Source of the DNA: Leucoraja erinacea
Lineage: Eukaryota
Direction: 5' to 3'
Length of the DNA stretch: 64,000 bases
NCBI RefSeq assembly: GCF_028641065.1
Contig: NC_073385.1
Location: forward strand, 18,600,001-18,664,000
The translations under genes were made by a program, and so were the position numbers. Position 1 is the first letter of the stretch. Every line of letters starts with the position of its first letter. This document shows, one piece after another, positions 14,416 through 25,939 of the stretch. The notes below the pieces were generated by a model. It did no database searches. It was not told where the DNA came from and saw only the letters and a program-made list of their open reading frames with translations.

Positions 14416-16710
14416 AGAAACATAGAAACATAGAAAATAGGTGCAGGAATAGGCCATTCGGCCCTTCGAGCCTGCATCGCCATTCAATATGATCATGGCT
14501 GATCATCCAACTCAGTATCCTGTACCTGCCTTCTCTCCAAACCCCCTGATTCCTTTAGCCACAAGGGCCACATCTAACTCTCTCTTAAATATAATCAATG
14601 AACTGGCCTCAACTACCTTCTGCGGGAGAGAATTCCAGAGATTCACCACTCTCTGTGTGAAAAATGTTTTCCTCATCTCGGTCGTAAAATATTTCCCCCT
14701 TATCCTTAAACTGTGACCCCTTGTTCTCGACTTCCCCAACATTGGGAACAATCTTCCTGCATCTAGCCTGTCCAACCCCTTAAGAATTTTGTAAGTTTCT
14801 ATAAGATCCCCCTCAATCTTCTAAATTCTAGCGAGTACAAACTGAGTTGATCCAGTCTTTCTTCATATGAAAGTCCTGACATCCCAGGAATCAGTCTGGT
14901 GAACCTTCTCTGCACTCCCTCTATGACAAGAATGTCTTTCCTCAGATTAGGAGACCAAAACTGTATGCAATACTCCTGGTGTGGTCTCACCAAGACCCTG
15001 TACAACTGCAGTAGAACCTCCCTGCTCCTATACTCAAATCCTTTTGCTATGAATGCTAACATACTATTCGCCTTCTTCACTGCCTGCTGCACCTGCATGC
15101 CTACTTTTAATGACTGGTGTACCATGACACCCAGGTCTCGTTGCATCTCCCCCTTTCCTAAATGGCCACCATTCAGATAATAATCTACTTTCCTGTTTTT
15201 GCCACCAAAGTGGATAACCTCACATTTATCCACATTATACTGCATCTGCCATGCATTTGCCCACTCACCCAGCCTATCAAGTCACCTTGCAGCCTCCTAG
15301 CATCCTCCTCACAGCTAACACTGCCCCCCAGCTTTGTGTCATCCGTAAACTTGGAGATGTTGCATTCAATTCCCTCGTCCAAATCATTAACATATATTGT
15401 AAATAGCTGGGGTCCCAGAACTGAGCCTTGCAGTACCCCACTAGTCACTACCTGCCATTGTGAAAAGGACCCGTTTACTCCTACTCTTTGCTTCCTGTCT
15501 GCCAGCCAGTTCTCTATCCACATCAATACTGAACCCCCAATACCGTGTGCTTTAAGTTTTATACTAATCTCTTATGTGGGACCTTGTCGAGAGCCTTCTG
15601 AAAGTCCAGATATAACACATCCACTGGTTTTCCCTTATCCACTCTACTAGTTACATCCTCGAAAAATTCTATAAGATTCGTCAGACATGATTTGCCCTTC
15701 ATAAATCCATGCTGACTTTGTCCAATGATTTCACCACTTTCCAAATGTGCTGCTATCCCATCTTTAGTATAACTGATTCTAGCAGTTTCTCCACTACCCT
15801 TTTTAAAGTGGTGTTACATTAGCTACCCTCCAATCCTCAGGAACTACTCCAGAATCTAAAGAGTTTTGAAAAATTATCACTAATGCATCCACTATTTCTG
15901 GGGCTACTTCCTTAAGTACTCTGGGACGCAGCCTATCTGGCCCTGGGGATTTATCGGCCTTTAATCCATTCAATTTACCTAACACCACTTCCCGGCTAAC
16001 CTGGATTTCACTCAATTCCTCCAACTCCTTTGACCCGCGGCCCCCTGCTATTTCCGGCAGATTATTTATGTCTTCCTTAGTGAGGACAGAACCAAAGTAG
16101 TTATTCAATTGGTTACCATTCCCTTGTTCCCCATGATCAATTCACCCTTTTCTGACTGCAAGGGACCTACATTTGTTTTAACTAATCTTTTTTTCTTCAC
16201 ATATGTATAAAAGCTTTTGCAGTCAGTTTTTATGTTCCCTGCCAGGTTTCTTTCATAATCTATTTTTCCTTTCCTAATTAAGCCCTTTGTCCTCCTCTGC
16301 TGGTCTCTGAATTTCTCCCAGTCCTCTGGTAGGCTGCTTTTTCTGGCTGATTTGTAGGCTTCATCTTTTGTTTTGATATTATCCCTGATTTCCCTTGTTA
16401 TTCACGGATGCACTACCTTCCCTGATTTATTTTTTTGCCAAACTGGGATGAACAATTGTTGTAGTTCATCCATGCAGTATTTAAATGCCTTCCATTGCAT
16501 ATCCACCGTCAACCCTTTCAGAATCAATTGCCAGTCTATCTTGGCCAATTCACGTCTCATACCCTCAAAGTCACCTTTCTTTAAGTTCAGGACCCTGTTT
16601 CTGAATTAACGATGTCACTCTCCATCCTAATGAAGAACTCAACCATATTATGGTCACTCTTGCCCAAGGGGCCACGCACAACAAGACTGCTAACTAACCC
16701 TTCCTCATTC
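14416..16710 (-). mobile_element. CR1-clade (HER1-like) LINE, 2.3-kb 3' portion, nested in a Rex1-like fragment
   Basis: RT motifs KSPGPD, QHGF.KGKSCLTNL, YLDFQKA.DKVPH, SGV.QGSVLGP, F.DDTKL, LVRPH.EYC.QFWSP; (TTTCTATG)n tail. The Rex1-like sequence is split at 14414/16735. Confidence 0.92.
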
Positions 16711-16734
16711 CTTCCTTCCTTCAAGGAACCCTTC

Positions 16735-17320
16735 CACTTCCTGCGGCAGCTGAGGAAGCACAATCTGCCAGAGGCAATGATGGTCCAATTCTACACGGCC
16801 ATCATAGAATCTGTCCTCACCTTCTCCATCATGGTCTGGTTTGGCTCAGCCACCAAGCACGATACCTGGAGGCTGCAGCGAATCATCCGATCAGCAGAGA
16901 AGGTTATTGGCTGCAACCTTCCCTCCTTTGACGAACTGTACACTGCAAGGGCCAGGAAGCGAGCGGGCAAGATCATCTCTGACCCATCTCACCCTGGCCC
17001 CAAACTCTTTGAATCACTTCCCTCTGGAAGGCGACTCCGGATTGTCAAAACTGCCACAGCCAGACATAAAAACAGTTTTTATCCACGAGTAGTTGCTCTA
17101 CTCAACAACCAAAAATCTGTAGCCTCCCTTTGATCTGGTATTTTGTTGGTTCACATGCTTGATCAATGGTGTATTCTCATTAATGTTTTATTATTATTAA
17201 TGTTTAGTGTTTTCTGAGTAATTCGTAACTGTCACTGTATGTCATGTTGTTACTTGCGGGCGGAGCACCAAGGCAAATTCCATGTATGTGAATACTTGGC
17301 CAGTAAACGTACTTACTTTC
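16735..17320 (+). mobile_element. Rex1/Babar-like LINE 3' end (also at 27460-28111, 42763-43290 and 47690-48460)
   Basis: FLRQLRK..LP...MVQFYTAIIESVLTFSI.VWFGS...LPSGRR.R....T.RHKNSF.P followed by short tandem tails. Confidence 0.75.
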
Positions 17321-17874
17321 TTATTCACCCTATCTGCCCCTCTCGTGATCTTATACACATCCTCCTGTGCTGGAAGGAATGCAGTCCCATGCTGCTCAAT
17401 CTCACCCTATAGCTCAGGCCCTCAAGTCCTGGCAACATGCTCCTAACATAACACACCATAACAATTGGGTGGCACGGTGGCTCAGCGGTGGGATTGCTGC
17501 CTTACAGCGCCAGAGACCTACGTTCAATCCTGACTACGGCCCACGATAGTCAAGAGCCTTTTATTGTCATGTGTCCCAGGATTAAATTCTTCCATGGCTG
17601 ATCTATCTTTCCCTCTCAACCCCATTCTCCTGCCTTCTCCCCATAACCCCTGACACCCGTACTAATCAAGAATCAGTCAATCTCTGCCATAGAAATATCT
17701 ATTGCCTTGGCCTCCGTCACAGTCTATGGCCCTAACATTTCAGAATAAGGGGCATGCCATTTAGAACAGTGATGAGGAAAAATGTTTTTCACCCAGAGAG
17801 TTGTGAGTCTGTGGAATTCTCTGCCACAGAAGGCAGTGGAGGCCACTTCTCTGGAGGCTTTCAAGAGAGGCTTA

Positions 17875-18206
17875 TAGCCCTGTCCCACGGTGCGAATTCA
17901 TTCCAAGAGCTCTCCCGTGTTTAAAAAAAAAAGCAAGCTCATGGTAAGCACGGAGAATGAACATAGCGGGTACGTCAGAGCTCGGGGACGTCTCTTAGTG
18001 GCTCGTAACGCTAATGGCAGGTACTCGGGAAGACTCGCTAACGGCAGGTAAGCACGGGAAGACTCGTGAAGATTTTTCAACACGATGAAAAATGTCCACG
18101 AGAGCCCCGAGTACCGACGAGTGGCCATTACCGTAAATCTCCGAATTCGAATCAGGGCAAACTCGGGAGAGCTCTTGGAAATAACTCGTACCGTGGGACA
18201 GGGCTT
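17875..18206. mobile_element. PIF/Harbinger-type MITE inserted in a CR1 tail
   Basis: AGCCCTGTCCCACGG...CCGTGGGACAGGGCT with TTA duplicated. It splits the CR1 consensus AAGAGAGAG-TTA-GATAGAGC. Confidence 0.78.
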
Positions 18207-18513
18207 TTAGATAGAGCCCTCAAAGATAGCGGAGTCAGGGGATACGGGGAGAAGGCAGGAGCGGGGTACAGATTGGGGATGATCAGCCATGATCACATTG
18301 AATGGCGGTGCTGGCTCGAAGGGCCGAATGGCCTACTCCTGCACCTATTGTCTACTGTCTGTGATAATGCATTCTTCTTCTTCTTCTTCTTGCGAATGGC
18401 GTGCACAGCCTAAAGTTGTTCTGTTTGAACTTCTGTTTGTGCATGCCAGGTTGATTGCATTCGTCGAAACAGGGTGGACCACGTGAAGGTGGCAATATAA
18501 TAGTGTCACTTAC

Positions 18514-18813
18514 CCCACACAAGATGTCCTGCACAAAGCCGGCGCAGGTGTGGTACAGGGAGTAGTCAACGTTGTCCATCACCCTGTAGAAGCGACTCCT
18601 GATCTCAGCATCTTTGGCCGACTCGCAGCAGCCCAGGCTGGCGTAGCGGGTGCAGAAGGCCAGGCCATGGGGAGGCCGGAAGGGAGGTTTGAAGTCCAGG
18701 CACTGGGGGTGGCCACTGACCAGAGGGAGGACGCAGGGGAGGAGAATATAAAATGGCCATGTCCTGCTACCTCCCCGGCCAGAACCACTGCCGCCTGTCC
18801 CGGCCTCCCTCAT
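18514..18813 (-). CDS. HHIPL1: HHIP-like protein 1, coding exon 1 (signal peptide and start of the Cys-rich folate-receptor-like domain)
   Basis: ATG at 18813; translates MREAG...FYILLPCVLPLVSG-HPQCLDFKPPF...FCTRY..LGCC...QDILCG. Donor GTAAGT at 18513, phase 0. HPQCLDFKPPF is the characteristic HHIPL N-terminus. The start codon is inferred. Confidence 0.9.
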
Positions 18814-20159
18814 CTCCAGCGACCGAGCGAGAACGAGGCCCAGAGCTGCTGGACAGTCAGTCCGAGTCCGAGTCCCGGCCCGAAACGTCACCCATCACCT
18901 TCTCTCCGGAGATACTGCCTGTCCCGCTGAGTCACTCCAGCTTTCTGTGTCTACCTTCAAAGAAAGTGGCTGACCGCAAATTACAGCAAGGAAAAACAAA
19001 CGGGAGGCCCTGTCAACTCCCTCGGACTGTGAACTTTGCCCAGGGACCTGCTTCTCACAGTCACGTTCCATGTCGTCATCTTGGCCAATCTTTAAACTGC
19101 TTTATCTGTGACCCAATGCAAACAGAGCCCAGCACAACAGTAAACGTGTTAAAATATAACTATCTTTCATTGGAGAGCTCCTGTACCCTGCGTGTGTGAA
19201 TCCACCTCCTCTGGCAGCTCGTTCCATATACAAGTTAAGTCAAGAGGACTGTCATATGCAGAGAGAATGGAACGGCTGGGCTTGTACACTCTGGAGTTTA
19301 GAAGGATGAGAGGGTTTCTTATTGAAACATATAAGATTGTTAAGGGCTAGGACACACTAGAGGCAGGAAACATGTTCCCGATGTTGGGGGAGTCCAGAAC
19401 CAGGGGCCACAGCTTAAGAAGAAGTAGTAAGCCATTTAGAACGGGGATGAGGAAACACTTTTTGTCACAGAGAGTGGTGAGTGTGTGGAATTCTCTGCCT
19501 CAGAGGGCGGTGGAGGCCAGTTCTCTGGATACTTCCAAGAGAGAGTTAGATAGGGCTCTTAAAGATAGCGGAGTCAGGGGATATGGGGAGAAGGCAGCAA
19601 CGGGGTACTGATTGGGGATGATCAGCCATGATCACATTGAATGGTGGTGTTGGCTCGAAGGGCCGAATGGCCTACTCCTGCACCTATTGTCTATTGGCAC
19701 AGAGTATAAGAATGAGTTGGGACATGCAGGAAGGAGCTGCAGGTGGTGTTATATGCCGAAGGTAGACACAAATTGCTGGAGTAGCCTACAGTCTGAAGAA
19801 GGGTCTCGACCCGAAATGTCACCCATTCCTTCTCTCCGGAGATGCTGCCTGACCCGCTGAGTTCCTCCAGCATTTTGTGTCTATTATAAACGTCTACGTT
19901 CTGTTGTAAGTTTATCAAACTCTCTTCAGTCGGCTCTTGGAATATTGTGTGCAGTTCTGTGTGGCCATGAAGTCATGAGGATGTTTCCAGGACTAAGGAG
20001 CCTGAGTTATCGGGCGAGGCTGGGCAGGCTAAGAGTTTATTCCTCGGATTGCAGGAGGATGAGGGGTGTTCAACATACAAATGCACTTTCTTGCTGCAAA
20101 CATGGAGTATGTGACCAAACGAGCAATACTCCTGTTATCTACTGAAACGTACGTTATTA

Positions 20160-20389
20160 AGGGCCTGTCCCACTTGGGCGTCATTTGCGAGTCATTTACG
20201 TGACATTATTTACGTGACACGCAGGTGATGTGCACATGGCATGCATTACGCGCGCATGGCGCGTGGTGAGGCGTGGTGGCGTAGGCAGTGACGCGCGGTC
20301 GCGAGCAGCGCCCCAGGATTTTGGGATTCACAAATTCTTCACGGGCCACCTGCGTGACGTGCAAAAGACGCCCACGTGGGACAGGTCCT
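20160..20389. mobile_element. PIF/Harbinger-type MITE
   Basis: AGGGCCTGTCCCAC...GTGGGACAGGTCCT with TTA on both sides and a CpG-rich interior. Confidence 0.75.
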
Positions 20390-21189
20390 TTAATTGTAAC
20401 GCTGCATAATAAACGGATGAAATTAAATATGTAATTTCTATAGGTTGTAGGTTAGTGGGTAAGGATCATGTTAATGCATGTAACCCATTTGTCACAAAGT
20501 GGGGGTGAGCGCTATATTGGACCAATCCCCCTCAAATATATGTTAAATGAAAAACTAAACTATGTACAGTATTCATGTCGAAAGCTCGCACTTCTGCACC
20601 AGTGTAGGTATGTGTACACTACATTTTATTACACTAATATAGAATGAAAAGTATGGAAACATATCTTGGCATGTGTTCATTGATATTTTATTCACAGTAT
20701 TAGGATTTCATAGAGGGAGGGGGAGAGAGAGAGAGGGTGGAAGAAAGAAAGAAAAAAAAGGTTGCTCAACGAATAATTAGAGGAAATCACAAGAAAGAAA
20801 CTGGAGAAATATATATGTGTGTGTGTGTTAAATATTTATAACATATATCACACACACACACACACACACACACAATGAATATATGTGTTTATATCTATAT
20901 TACTAAATCTCTGATCTTGACTGCTTTCGGCCCACTGTGCTGCGATTTCCAACAGAACGCCGCCACCTACGGCCGTCATCTTTGGGCCACCTCGCTCAGA
21001 GCCCCCAGGGAGAGGGGCGGGACTATAACAACAAAAATACCAGGAAGTGGTGTGCCTCACTCAGTCTCTGCAAGATGGGATGAAGCCCAAGGGTCACGCC
21101 TCTCTGAGCTCTAGAATAACACTGAACAAAGGTCTACACAACTGATGTTAGTACCCTTAAATGTGGTTTGAAATTGATAATAGGTTTGT

Positions 21190-21900
21190 TTGAAGTAATG
21201 CAAAAAGCACTGCCTGCAAATGGAGTGGTTATCGTTTGGGTGCTTTAGCATTGAAGTTGAAGATGCACTACTAATTACTGCAAAATAAAATTGGGTGAGC
21301 TTGGGCTGCTTTGAACTTGAGGTTTGAAAGGCATTACTTACTGCAACTAGTGGCCTTGGTGCAGTTGCTGGCTTGAAGTGAAAAGGACACTACTTACTGC
21401 AAATGGCTTGGCTTGGGAGCTTTTGCTTGTGAGTGAAAGGCACTACTTACTGCAAAATGGTTGTTGTGTGTTTCTGCTTGAAGTTGAAAAGGCACTACTT
21501 ACTGCCACATGGGGGCTTTGAGTGCTTTGGCTGAAAGCTGAAAGGGGCCACTACTTACTGCAATGGTGGCGGGTGCTTGGCTTGAAAGTTTGAAAGGCAT
21601 ACTTACTGCCCCAATGGTGGCATGAAGTTACGAAAGGCACGACTACTTACTGCAAATGGTGGGTGATTGGGTGCTTTCGGCTGAAGTTGAAAGGCACTAC
21701 TTACTACAATACAAATGGTGGATTGGGTGCTTTGGCTTGAGGTGAAAGGAAACTACTTGCTGCAAACGGTTGGCCTTGGCCGTGCTTTGGATTGAAGTTT
21801 GAAAAGGCACTTCTTACTGCAAACGGCCGGGCTTGGGTGCTTTGCGCCTTTGGCGTTTGAGTTATACAAAGGCCATTAAACTGCAAATGCCCACTTACGT
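21190..21900. repeat. Minisatellite with a ~45-50 bp unit
   Basis: Recurrent GGCACTACTTACTGCAAATGG...GCTTTGGCTTGAAGTTGAAA with many indels. Confidence 0.85.
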
Positions 21901-22384
21901 TGCTCTGTTTGCTCTGACTGCACCTAATGGTGAATTTAGATAAAAACATCTACAACGGCACTTATTTAATGGCCATCTTACCCGTCAGATCCCCTACAAC
22001 GGGATTGCATGGCCCTTGATCCCGAACGCTGCCCAAGAGCAGGTGCAGGAGAATTCTTCCTATCAAATGAAAAATAAATGTTGTGGTTATTAGTGTTTTA
22101 AATAATGTTAGAGAATCTATCTCACATGTCAATCACGCCATGGGTGAAAGCCACACCTTTCCTATGCTGTGTGGAGCCAGGGGAGGGAGGGGCGTTATAA
22201 AACCCGGAAAGTGTGGGTGCCTGCGCTCAGTCTCAGTCATGAGTGGAGGGAGCGAGAGGTTATGACTCGTGTCTGAGCCTGTGAATCAACATGAACACAC
22301 TGAATGTCTACTGAACTGATGTTTGAGTGGTGTTGGGTGTGTTTCTATGGTGGTTTCACACTGCATGAAATGGTGATTATGCAG

Positions 22385-24230
22385 GAAAACATAGAAAATA
22401 AGAAATTAGGTGCAGGAGTAGGCCATTCGGCCACTTCGAGGCCTGCCACCGGCCGATTCAATAGTGATCATGGAATGATATTCCAATCAGTATCCCGTAC
22501 CTGCCTTCTTCCATACCCCTGATCCCCTTAAGCCACAAGGCACCACAACACTAAAACTCCCTCTTAAATATAGCCAATGAAACTAGGCCTCAACTACCCT
22601 CTGCTTTAGGCAGAGAGAGTTCCAGAGATTCACCACTCTCTGCGTGAAAAGAAAGGTCTTCTTCTCATGCTCGGTTTTAAAGGATTCCCACTTTATCCTT
22701 CAAGCTTTTTGTGACCCCTTAGTCCTGGACTTCCCTAACAGCGGGAACAATCTTCCTGCATCTAGCCTGTCCAACCCCTTAAGAATTTTGTAAGTTTCTA
22801 TAAGATCCCCTCTCAATCTCCTAAATTCTAGAGAGTATAAAACCAAGTCTATATCAGTTCTTTCTTAATAAGACAGTACCGGACATCCCAGGAATCTCAG
22901 TCGTGGTGAACCGTCTACGTGGTCATACTCCCTCTATGGCAATAATGTCCTATCCTCAGATTTGGAGACCAAAAACTGTACGCACTACTCCAGGTGTGGT
23001 CTCACCAAGACCCTGTACAACTGCAGTAGAACCTCTCTGTTCCTATACTCAAATCCTTTTGCAATGAAAGCTAACATACCAATTCGCTTTCTTTACTGCC
23101 TGCTGCACCTGCATGCCTACCTTCAAAGACTGGTGTACCATGACACCCAGGTCTCGCTGCATCTCCCCTTTTCCTAGTCGGCCACCATTTAGATAATAGT
23201 CTTTCCTGTTTTTGCCACCAAAATGGATAACCTCACATTTATCCACATTATACTGCATCTGCCAAACATTTGCCCACTCCCCAAGCCTATCCAAGTCACC
23301 CTGCAGTCTCCTAGCATCCTCCTCACAGCTAACACTGCCCCCCAGCTTAGTGTCATCCGCAAACTTGGAGATATTGCCTTCAATTCCCTCATCCAGATCA
23401 TTAATATATATTGTTAATAGCTGGGGTCCCAGCACTGAGCCTTGCGGTACCCCACTAGTCACTGCCTGCCATTGTGAAAAGGACCCGTTTACTCCTACTC
23501 TTTTGCTTCCTGTTTGCCAGCCAGTTCTCTATCCCCACATAAATACTGAACCCCCAATGCCTTGTTTAAGTTTGCTTTAAGTCTTGTATTGTCGAATAAT
23601 TGCTTAAATGGAAAAAAGAAAATAAACCTTTTTTCTTTTAAAAAAAAAAAAAAAGCCTTCTAAGGAAGTCCAGATACACCACATCAAATGGTTCTCCCCT
23701 ATCCCACGATACTAGTTACATCCTCGAAAAATTCTATAAGATTCGTCAGACATGATTTACCTTTCGTAAAATCCCTGATGATTTGGTCCAATGAATTTCA
23801 CCACTTTCCAAATGTGCTGCTATATCCCATCTTTGAATAAACTGACTCTAGCAGGTTTCCCCACTACCGATGTTAGACTAACCTGGTCTGTAATTCCCAT
23901 TTTCTCTTCCCTCCCTTCTTAAAAAGTGGGGGTTACGTTTGCTACCCGCCAATACTTCAGGAACATACTCCAGAATCTAAAGAGTTTTGAAAGATTATTA
24001 CTAATGCATCCACTATTTCTGGAGCTACTTCCTTAAGTACTCTGGGATGCAGCCTATCTGGCCCTGGGGAGGATTTATCGGCCTTTAATCCATTCAATTT
24101 ACCCAACACCACTTCCCGGATAACCTGGATTTCACTCAAATTCCTCCAACTCCTCTTGACCAGCGGTCCCCTGCCTATTTTACGGCAAAGTTATTTTATG
24201 ATTCCTTAGTGAAGACGGAACCAAAGTAGC
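22385..24230 (-). mobile_element. CR1-clade LINE 3' portion (indel-rich)
   Basis: SGVPQGSVLGPQL, FADDTKL; same family as 14416-16710. Confidence 0.88.
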
Positions 24231-24587
24231 TGCATTTGAATTTGGTGGCCTTGGATCCAGCTTGAAGTGGTATGAAACTGCATGAATTTGGTGGCCTTGC
24301 ACCCTGCTTGAAATGGTAGGAACATGGATTTGAATTTGATGGCCTTGCACTCTGCTTGAAATGGAATTTCAAGGAATAGTCATGAGTCAACTGCCAGCCC
24401 ACCAGCCATGAGTGAGCTGCCAGCAGATCAGGCTTGAGGGACTGAGCTGCCACCCCAAGAACCCATACCAACATTCCAGAAAGCCCCCCCACTGGCCACC
24501 AATATTGGAATTGGTGGAGAGGTGGAATATTGCGTCGGGGGCCCAGCCCTCCCGTGTGAACATGGGACCCGTTCCCACTTAGACTAG

Positions 24588-25892
24588 TACATTACTAAAA
24601 CTCGGATCTTGTGCTCATCCGGTTTTGCTTTTTTTTCTACCTGCAAGGCCCCAGCCGGGGTTCTACACAGGATCCGAGAAGCATCGAGACCACGGCGTTG
24701 AGGCCTTGCGACGGTGGGGCCTCACGGCGGTGGTGGGACCTTGCCGAATTTCTAAATCCGCGTAGAAATCTATCTCTTCCTCCTTTTTCAGTTTTTTTCC
24801 TGTCGCATAGTCTCGTGGGGAGGGGGGGGCGGGGATGGGGGAGGAATAGGGGAGCCAGGGTGCTAGTGGGGGCAGGGGTGAGGTGAGAGATTGCGATTGA
24901 GGGAGGAGGTGGGGCGGGCATAGGGGGAGGTGAGTGGGGGAGGTGAGGAAGTGGGGGGAAAGAGGGGGATAGGGAGGGGCGGTTGCGGTGTGGGAGGGGA
25001 TAGCGAGGATTGTCAGCGGAGAGGTAGGGATAGGAGAGGGTGAGCACGGAGGGGAGATGTGGAAGGAGCGTGAGGAGGTAGAGGAGAGCGGGAAGAATTG
25101 GGGAGGTGAGAGGAGAGGGGGAGAAAGAAGAGGCTGAGGGTGAATAGGGGGGGAGGGAGAGTGCTGGGGGGGGAGGGGAGGACTAGATGAGAGAGGTTAC
25201 GGGAGAGGGGGGGAGTGTGTGGAGTGGGAATAGTAGGGATAGGAGGGCCAGAGGCGAGTGGAGTAGTGAGTAGTGAGGGAACGTGGTGTGGGCGGTGACG
25301 GAGGACAGGAGGGAGGGAGGGAGGGAGGAGGGAGTATGTACTGAGTTTAGGGCCTCTCTCTGAGAAGGAGGAATTGGGGAGGGGAGAGAGAGGAGAGAAG
25401 GAGAGGCGAGAAGAAGGAGAGGAGGAATCGGGAAGAGGAGCCTAGAGGAGAGAGAGGTCGGGAGTGTGGGATAGGGAATAGAGGGATAGGAGGGCCATAG
25501 CGAGAGAAAGAGGAGTCAGGAGGGGAGATAGAGTGTCGGGGGAGAGAGGGGTGATAGAGAGATTGGATAGCGTGAGAAGGAGATAGAGAAAAAGCGGAAG
25601 AGGAGGAGGGGGGAGGAAGGCTGGGAAGGGGAGAGGAGGGAGGGGACCCGGTGACTGAGGGTAGGAGGAGAGGGGAAAGAAGAAGGTAGGAAGTGAAGAG
25701 GAGGGGGAGGGAAGTGCTAGACGGGAGAGGGAAAATGAGCCGCACGCCTGCCCAATTGGGGGCTATAGGTCACGTGAGTGGTGGAAGGAATATTGCATTG
25801 AGGATGGGTTGCGTTTGGGCGATTGGGGAGCAGGCATGCTCCTGTGTGACAGGCCTCAGGCTTGGCGACCAAACAGTTCCACTTAGTCATAG
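24588..25892 (+). mobile_element. Second, tandem Helitron-like unit with a purine-rich interior
   Basis: Begins TACATTACTAAAACTCGGATCTTG (similar to the 20894 start) and ends ...TCCACTTAGTCATAG|T; G/A-rich tract at 24820-25740. Confidence 0.4.
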
Positions 25893-25939
25893 TAGTTATA
25901 TATAGTATTATATATTATAAATAGATACAATGTTCATTA

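Larger units (their letters stand above)
20894..24587 (+). mobile_element. Helitron-like non-autonomous element with internal minisatellites, interrupted by a CR1
   Basis: Starts A|TCTATATTACTAAA and ends in a degenerate GGGAC..TCCC hairpin then ACTTAGACTAG|T; no TSD or TIR seen. Confidence 0.5.

Noticed and set aside
21190-21900. Possible CRISPR-like array
   Set aside because: Units are contiguous tandem repeats without unique spacers; the context is eukaryotic and there are no cas genes.
24637-25745. Pro/Ser/Leu-rich ORFs
   Set aside because: Translations of a low-complexity polypurine tract.
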